17,497 nucleotides of DNA from Macrostomum lignano (taxonomy: Eukaryota): contig NIVC01005250.1 in assembly GCA_002269645.1 (NCBI GenBank), forward strand, positions 1-17,497, given 5' to 3'. Shown here piece by piece: positions 9,518 through 17,497 of the stretch. Every line of letters starts with the position of its first letter. Position 1 is the first letter of the stretch. The notes under the pieces were generated by a model. It had not been told where the DNA came from and ran no database searches. It saw only the letters and a list, made by a program, of their open reading frames with translations. Both the position numbers and the translations under genes were made by a program.

Positions 9518-9826
9518 TCGTGTCCTAAATGTCTGCGTCAGTGTGTCCTAATGTCTGTGTCAGTGTGTCTTAATGTCTGTCTCAGTGTGTCCTAATATCT
9601 GTGTCAGTGTGTCTTAATGTCTGTCTTAGTGTGTCCTAATGTCTGTCCCAGTGTGTTCTAATGTCTGTCTCAGTGTGTCCTAATGTCTGTGTCAGTGTGT
9701 CTTAATGTCTGTCTCAGTGTGTCCTAATATCTGTGTCAGTGTGTCTTAATGTCTGTGTCAGTGTGTCTTAATGTCTGTCTCATTGTGTCCTAATGTCTGT
9801 CCCAGTATGTCTTAATGTTTGTCTCA
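9518..9826. repeat. Satellite A, block 2 (309 bp, 14 units) between the two elements
   Basis: Begins TCGTGTCCTAAATG and ends CCCAGTATGTCTTAATGTTTGTCTCA. The last ~168 bp match 3640-3807. Confidence 0.95.
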
Positions 9827-10608
9827 TCACAATATACTAAATCTCTAAGATCTGACCGGTATTTCAGTCTACAGCCTGAATGCCTGAACCGATTTTCTTC
9901 AAACTTGCTTTATTCAACTCAAAATTCTTGTGAGATTGTGTGGTTGTAATTGCATTGAAAAATTCGAATGGGAAGATGATTAAAAATTCAAAAATCCATC
10001 CAATATACTAAAAATGAAAATCTTGCTTGCTTGTAATCGATTAGAGAAAAAATGGCTGGACCGATTTTGTTCGAACTTGCACTGTTCGATCAGAAATTTT
10101 CCCGTGACTGTACATGCATCGTGGCTAAGAAATTGCTCGATGCTAAAGGCATTAAATATTCGAAAAACATGCTTTTTTGCAAAGGTCAAGCAAACTTTTC
10201 GACTTGAAATGCATTGTAAGAATGCTAGAGAAAAAACTGACTGGTTGAATTCTGATTCTGAAATAGATTGCATCATAACTGAATTGTACCTCCGACTTGA
10301 ATTGAAAATACAGTGTGGAAGCGTAGCACCAGACTTGATTTAAATTGCGTAACCATATTGTTAACTGATACTGACTGACTGAGAAACTGATTATGTCATA
10401 ACTGCTTCGTGTGATTTACTCTATGCTTGGATTTTAAAGTGTTGAATTATATAAGTGCAAAATTTGATGTTATCAAAACGATGAGAGCTAGCCTAGAGGT
10501 GAACAAACTGAACTGCCAAATGCAGCGACGATGGTTCGAATTTTCATAGAGTACAATTTTTTTAATTAAAGCTTTTCAACGTCAGGAAAACTAAAAGACT
10601 TTTTAAAA

Positions 10609-13600
10609 AGAAGCATCATGTAAAAAATCATAGAAGCGTCATATAAAAATCATAGAAGCGTCATGTAAAAAATCATAGAAGTGTCATGTAAACAATCATA
10701 GAAGCGTCATGTAAAAAATCATAGAAGCGTCATGTAAAAAATCATAGAAGCGTCATGTAAACAATCATAGAAGCGTCATGTAAACAATCATAGAAGCGTC
10801 ATTTAAAAAATCATAGAAGCGCCATGTAAAAAATCGTAGAAGCGTTACATAAAAATCATAGAAGCGTCATTTTTAAAAAATCATAGAAGCGTTGTGTAAA
10901 CAGTCATAGAAGCGTCATGTAAACAATCATAGAAGCGTCATTTTTAAAAAATAATAGAAGCGTCATGTAAACAATCATAGAAAAGTCATGTAAACAATCA
11001 TAGAAGCGTCATGTAAACAATCATAGAAGCGTCATGTAAACAATCATAGAAGCGTCATGTAAACAATCATAGAAGCGTCATGTAAACAATCCTAGAAGCG
11101 TCATGTAAACAATCATAGAAACGTAATGTAAACAATCATAGAAGCGTCACGAAACAATCATAGAAGCGTCATGTAAACAACCATAGAAGCGTCATGTAAA
11201 AATCATAGAAGCGTCATGTAAAAATCATAGAAGCGTCATGAAGCAATCATAGAAGCGTCATGTAAAAATCATAAAAGCGTCATGTAAACAATCATAGAAG
11301 CGTCATGTAAACAATCATAGAAGCGTCATGTAAACAATCATAGAAGCGTCATGTAAACAATCCTAGAAGCGTCATGTAAACAATCATAGAAGCGTCATGT
11401 AAACAATCATAGAAGCGTCATGTAAACAATCATAGAAACGTAATGTAAACAATCATAGAAGCGTCACGAAACAATCATAGAAGCGTCATGTAAACAATCA
11501 TAGAAGCGTCATGTAAACAATCATAAAAGCGTCATGTAAACAATCATAGAAGCGTCATGAAGCAATCATAGAAGCGTCATGTAAAAATCATAAAGCGTCA
11601 TGTAAACAATCATAGAAGCGTCATGTAAACAATCATAGAAGCGTCATGTAAAAATCATAGAAGCGTCATGTAAACAATCATAGAAGCGTCATGTAAACAA
11701 TCATAGAAGCGTCATGTAAAAAATCGTAGAAGCGTCATTTTTAAAAAATCATAAAGCGTCATGTAAACAATCATAAAAGCGTCATGTAAACAATCATAGA
11801 AGCGTCATGTAAAAAATGGTAGAAGCGTCATGTAAACAATCATAGAAGCGTCATGTAAACAATCATAGAAGCGTCATGTAAACAATCATAGAAGCGTCAT
11901 GTAAACAATCATAGAAGCGTCATGAAAAAATCATAGAAGCGTCATATAAAATCATAGAAGCGTCATGTAAAAAATCATAGAAGCGTCATGTAAACAATCA
12001 TAGAAGCGTCATGTAAACAATCATAGAAGCGTCATGTAAACAATCATAGAAGCGTCATGTAAACAATCATACAAGCGCCATGTAAAAAATCATAAAGCGT
12101 CATGTAAACAATCATAAAGCGTCATGTAAAAAATCGTAGAAGCGTCATGTAAAAAATCTTAGAAGCGTCATGTAAACAATCATAGAAGCGTCATGTAAAC
12201 AATCATAGAAGCGTCATGTAAAAAATCGTAGAAGCGTCATGTAAAAAATCTTAGAAGCGTCATGTAAACAATCATAGAAGCGTCATGTAAACAATCATAG
12301 AAGCGTCATGTAAAAAATCTAGAAGCGTCATGTAAACAATCATAGAAGCGTCATGTAAACAATCATAGAAGCGTCATGTAAAAAATCATAGAAGCGTATG
12401 TAAACAATCATAGAAGCGTCATGTAAACAATCATAGAAGCGTCATGTAAACAATCATAGAAGCGTCATGTAAACAATCATAGAAGCGTCATTAAAAATCA
12501 TAGAAGCGCATGTAAAAAATCGTAGAAGCGTTATATAAAAATCATAAAGCGTCATTAAAAAATCATAGAAGCGTTGTGTAAACAGTCATAGAAGCGTCAT
12601 GTAAAAAATCATAGAAGCGTCATGTAAAAATCATAGAAGCGTCATGTAAAAAATCATAGAAGCGTCATGTAAAAATCATAGAAGCGTCATGTAAAAATCG
12701 TAGAAGCGTCATGTAAAAAATCTTAGAAGCGTCATGTAAAAATCATAGAAGCGTCATGTAAACAATCATAGAAGCGTCATGTAAAAATCGTAGAAGCGTC
12801 ATGTAAAAATCATAGAAGCGTCATGTAAACAATCATAGAAGCGTCATGTAAACAATCATAGAAGCGTCATGTAAAAAATCGTAGAAGCGTCATGTAAAAA
12901 ATCTTAGAAGCGTCATGTAAACAATCATAGAAGCGTCATGTAAAAATCATAGAAGCGTCATGTAAAAATCATAGAAGCGTCATGTAAACAATCATAGAAG
13001 CGTCATGTAAACAATCATAGAAGCGTCATGTAAAAAATCATAGAAGCGTCATATAAAAATCATAGAAGCGTCATGTAAAAATCATAGAAGCGTCATGTAA
13101 ACAATCATAGAAGCGTCATGTAAAAATCATAGAAGCGTCATGTAAACAATCATAGAAGCGTCATGTAAACAATCATAGAAGCGTCATGTAAAAATCATAG
13201 AAGCGTCATGTAAACAATCATAGAAGCGTCATGTAAAAAATCGTAGAAGCGTCATGTAAAAATCATAGAAGCGTCATGTAAAAATCATAGAAGCGTCATG
13301 TAAAAATCATAGAAGCGTCATGTAAAAAATCATAGAAGCGTCATGTAAAAAATCTAGAAGCGTCATGTAAAAATCATAGAAGCGTCATGTAAACAATCAT
13401 AGAAGCGTCATGTAAACAATCATAGAAGCGTCATGTAAACAATCATAGAAGCGTCATGTAAACAATCATAGAAGCGTCATGTAAACAATCATAGAAGCGT
13501 CATGTAAACAATCATAGAAGCGTCATGTAAAAATCATAGAAGCGTCATGTAAACAATCATAGAAGCGTCATGTAAACAATCATAGAAGCGTCATGTAAAA

Positions 13601-14059
13601 ATCATAGAAGCGTCATGTAAAAATCATAGAAGCGTCATGTAAACAATCATAGAAGCGTCATGTAAAAAATCATAGAAGCGTCATGTAAAAATCATAGAAA
13701 GCGTCATGTAAACAATCATAGAAGCGTCATGTAAACAATCATAGAAGCGTCATGTAAACAATCATAGAAGCGTCATGTAAACAATCATAGAAGCGTCATG
13801 TAAACAATCATAGAAGCGTCATGTAAACAATCATAGAAGCGTCATGTAAAAATCATAGAAGCGTCAATGTAAACAATCATAGAAGCGTCATGTAAACAAT
13901 CATAGAAGCGTCATGTAAACAATCATAGAAGCGTCATGTAAAAATCATAGAAGCGTCGTGTAAACAATCATAGAAGCGTCATGTAAAAAATCATAGAAGC
14001 GTCATGTAAAAATCATAGAAGCGTCAAGTCATAACATCATAGAAGCGTCATGTAAAAAA
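10609..14059. repeat. Satellite B, array 2
   Basis: Same 23-bp unit, ~3.45 kb, 308 bp (~13 units) shorter than array 1. Shares the order of rare variants with array 1 over its left part. Confidence 0.97.
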
Positions 14060-14946
14060 CTAATGAAAGTGTCATTTAAAAAATTAGAAGCGTCACAGTA
14101 GAATAAAAAACGTCATGTCAGACATGAAGGGTTCATGTAAAAATTAAATGCAACTACAATGCTGTGCTGGGGAGAAAAACTGAGACGTCAAGGCTCTCAG
14201 AGAATAACTGAGATTACGGGGGGGGGTTTCTGAGATGTCAAAGCAAAAGTCAGAAGCTACTTCAAAGTTCATGTACTTTACTCCATTTTTTTATTGCATT
14301 CTTTGTTGGCTTGTCACGGGGGGGGCGCTGATAGAAGAAAAGTCATGTAAAAAATAAAAGTAGCACTATGTATACATAAAAGAAAAGTCATGTCGAAGTT
14401 AAAAGATTCATTTGGGAATTGCTACGATGTCAAAGCTTGGTGGAAATCGTTATAGTGCTGTGATTCTTAAAGAAAGAATCACTAAAATGTTAAGGCTTAG
14501 GGAGAAGAATTGCTGAGATTTCAAGGCTTTAGGTTGGGTTAAAGTTAGGTTTAGGTCAGGTATGGGTTGAGGGTTATATTTTATCGGGTTTCAAGGTTAA
14601 CAGGGATTTTTTAGATTTCAAGGTTTATGGGGGCCATTGCTGACATGTCAAGGCTTACGGGGGGAATAGCTGAGATGTCAAGGCTCACGGGGGTATAAAT
14701 GAGATTTCAAGGCTAAAGTCAGAAGCTACATGTAGTTTATTGAAAACTTTTTATTACATTATTTGATGCCTCCTCAGGGGAGGGATCGCTGATAAAAAAG
14801 CGTAATGTAAAAATAAAAGAAGCTTCATGTCGAAGTTAAGAGATTCATTTGGGAATCCCTACGATGTTGAGGCTTGCAAGGAATCGCTATAATGCTGTAG
14901 TAGTGCTATAATGACTCTTAGGGAGAATTACTGAAATTTCAATGCT

Positions 14947-15002
14947 TTAGGGTTAGGTTAGGGTTAGGGTTAGGGTTAGGGTTAGGCTAGGGTTAGGGTT
15001 AG
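14947..15002 (+). repeat. Interstitial telomere-like (TTAGGG)n tract, copy 2
   Basis: Same unit pattern as 9240-9295. Confidence 0.9.
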
Positions 15003-15194
15003 AAGGTTGACAGATATTTTTAGATTTCCAAGGCTTATTGGGGCATTGCTGAGATGTCAAGGGGGGAAGTTGATATGTTAAAGCTTGTGGGGGGGATAAC
15101 TGACATGTCAAGGCTTACAAGGTTTGACAGGAGATTTTTTAAGATTTCAAGGATACATGTAGCTTATTAAAAAAACGTGTATTGCATTTCTTTG

Positions 15195-15223
15195 GCTCCC
15201 CAACGGGGGGCGTAGATTGCTAG
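15195..15223 (+). terminator. Helitron 3' terminator (hairpin + CTAG), copy 2
   Basis: Identical to 9489-9517. Confidence 0.8.
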
Positions 15224-17497
15224 TCGTGTCCTAAATGTCTGCGTCAGTGTGTCCTAATGTCTGTGTCAGTGTGTCTTAATGTCTGTCTCAGTGTGTCCTA
15301 ATATCTGTGTCAGTGTGTCTTAATGTCTGTCTTAGTGTGTCCTAATGTCTGTCCCAGTGTGTTCAATGTCTGTCTCAGTGTGTCCTAATGTCTGTCTCAG
15401 TGTGTCCTAATATCTGTGTCAGTGTGTCTTAATGTCTGTGTCAGTGTGTCTTAATGTCTGTCTCAGTGTCCTAATGTCTGTCCCAGTATGTCTTAATGTT
15501 TGTCTCATCGTGTCCTAAATGTCTGTGTCAGTGTGTCTAATGTCTGTGTCAGTGTGTCTTAATGTCTGTGTCAGTGTTTCCTAATGTCTGTCTCAGTGTG
15601 TCCTAATGTCTGTGTCAGTGTCCTAATGTCTGTCCAGTGTTTCTAATGTCTGTGTCAGTGTTTCCTAATGTCTGTCTCAGTGTGTCCTAATGTCTGTGTC
15701 AGTGTGTCTTACTGTCTGTTCAGTGTGTCCTAATATCTGTGTCAGTGTGTCTTAATGTCTGTCTCAGTGTGTCCTAATGTTTGTCTTAGTGTGTCTAATG
15801 TCTGTCTCAGTGTTCTAATGTCTGTCTCAGTGTGTCTAATGTCTGTCTCAGTGTTTCCTAATGTCTGTGTCAGTGTGTCTTATTGTCTGTCTCAGTGTGT
15901 CTAATATCTGTGTCAGTGTGTCTTAATGTCTGTCTCAGTGTGTCCTAATGTCTGTCCAGTGTGTTCTAACGTCTGTCTCAGTGTGTCCTAATGTCTGTCT
16001 CAGTGTTTCGTAATGTCTGTGTCAGTGTGTCTTATTGTCTGTCTCAGTGTGTCCTATATCTGTGTCAGTGTGTCTGTGTCAGTGTGTCTTAATGTCTGTC
16101 TCAGTGTTTCCTAATGTCTGTGTCAGTGTGTCTGTGTCAGTGTGTCTTAATGTCTGTGTCAGTGTGTCTTAATGCTGTCTCAGTGTGTCCTAATGTCTGT
16201 CTCAGTGTGTCCTAATGTGTCTGTGTCCTAATGTCTGTCTCAGTGTTTCCTAATGTCTGTCCCAGTGTGTTTCTAATGTCTGTCTCAGTGTGTCCTAATG
16301 TCTGTTTCAGTGTTTCGAAATGTCTGTGTCAGTGTGTCTTATTGTCTGTCTCAGTGTGTCCTAATATCTGTGTCAGTGTGTCTGTCCGTGTCTTAATGTC
16401 TGTCTCAGTGTTTCCTAATGTCTGTGTCAGTGTGTCTTAATGTCTGTGTCAGTGTGTGTTAATGTCTGTCTCAGTGTGTCCTAATGTCTGTGTCAGTGTG
16501 TCTTAATGTCTGTCTCAGTGTGTCCTAATGTCTGTCTCAGTGTGTCCTAATGTTTGTCTGTGTCCTAATGTCTGTCTCAGTGTTTCCTAATGTCTGTGTC
16601 AGTGTGTCTTAATGTCTGTGTCAGTGTGTCTTAATGTCTGTCTCAGTGTGTCTTAATGTCTGTCTCAGTGTGTCCTAATGTCTGTCTCAGTGTGTCCTAA
16701 TGTCTGTCTCAGTGTGTCCTAATGTCTGTCTCAGTGTGTCCTAATGTTTGTCTGTGTCCTAATGTCTGTCTCAGTGTGTCCTAATGTTTGTCTGTGTCCT
16801 AATGTCTGTTCTCAGTGTTTCCTAATGTCTGTGTCAGTTGTGTTTAATGTCTGTGTCAGTGTGTCTTAATGTCTGTCTCAGTGTGTCTTAATGTCTGTCT
16901 CAGTGTGTCTTTAATGTCTGTCTCAGTGTGTCCTAATGTCTGTCTCAGTGTGTCCTAATGTCTGTCTCAGTGTGTCCTAATGTTTGTCTGTGTCCTAATG
17001 TCTGTCTCAGTGTGTCCAATGTCTGTTGTCAGTGTGTCTTAATGTCTGTCTCAGTGTGTCCTAATGTCTTTGTCAGTGTGTCTTAAGTCTGTCTCAGTGT
17101 GTCCTAATGTCTGTGTCAGTGTGTCTTAAGTCTGTCTCAGTGTGTCCTAATGTCTGTCGAGTGTGTCCTAATGTCTGTCTCAGTGTGTCCTAATGTCTGT
17201 CTCAGTGTGTCCTAAATGTCTGTCTCAGTGTGTCTAATGTTTGTCTGTGTCCTAATGTCTGTCTCAGTGTGTCCAATGTCTGTGTCAGTGTGTCTAATGT
17301 CTGTCCAGTGTGTCCTAATGTCTGTGTCAGTGTGTCTAACGGTCTGTCTCAGTGTGTCCTAATGTCTGTCTCAGTGTGTCATAATGTCTGTCTCAGTCTA
17401 ATGTCTGTGTCAGTGTGTCTTAATGTCTGTCTCAGTGTGTCTAATGTCTGTGTCAGTGTGTCCTAATGTCATGTCTTAGTGTGTCCTAATGTCTGTC
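15224..17497. repeat. Satellite A, main array (22-bp unit), running off the window end
   Basis: At least 2.27 kb, roughly 100 units. 15224-15507 repeats block 2 minus one unit and is followed by the uninterrupted junction GTCTCA|TCGTGTCC. Confidence 0.97.

Larger units (their letters stand above)
9827..15223 (+). mobile_element. Non-autonomous Helitron-like element, copy 2 (5397 bp)
   Basis: A|TC at 9826|9827, hairpin at 15195-15211, CTAG|T at 15220-15223|15224. Colinear with copy 1 and shorter mainly through the satellite B array. Confidence 0.85.
3640..15509. repeat. ~6-kb tandem segmental duplication (satellite A block + Helitron-like element): two copies plus a third satellite-only junction
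   Basis: Offset is 6019 bp at 3640/9659 and 3807/9826, 6022 after a small indel near 3977/9995, and 5706 at the element 3' ends (9517/15223). The 109-aa ORF translations at 3992 and 10014 are identical. Confidence 0.9.

Noticed and set aside
4587-14059. CRISPR-like appearance of 22-23 bp repeats
   Set aside because: Units are head-to-tail with no unique spacers, there are no cas genes, and the context is eukaryotic.
16231-17466. Val/Ser/Cys-rich ORFs at 16231-16440 and 17230-17466
   Set aside because: Translations of the 22-bp satellite, open only where indels happen to skip the in-frame TAA.

Overview
AT-rich eukaryotic genomic DNA, probably from a non-arthropod invertebrate animal (inferred from TTAGGG tracts and the repeat types); no prokaryotic features are present. 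Bases 1-3500 are mostly unique. They hold two small TIR/TSD-bounded DNA-transposon derivatives (1250-1420, 1468-2087) and one plausible signal-peptide-encoding exon (3195-3414) ending at a GTGAGT donor. The remaining ~14 kb is repetitive. A 22-bp TG-rich satellite (A) is interrupted twice by a 5.4-5.7 kb non-autonomous Helitron-like element (3808-9517 and 9827-15223) with 5'-TC, a 3' GC-rich hairpin plus CTAG, A|T insertion and no TSD. An empty copy of the same insertion site lies at 15507|15508. About two thirds of each element is a second, 23-bp satellite (B). Each element also carries two stacked 5' ends, three stacked 3'-end-like modules and a TTAGGG tract. No RepHel or other transposase ORF is visible. 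All alignments and counts were done by eye and need computational confirmation.
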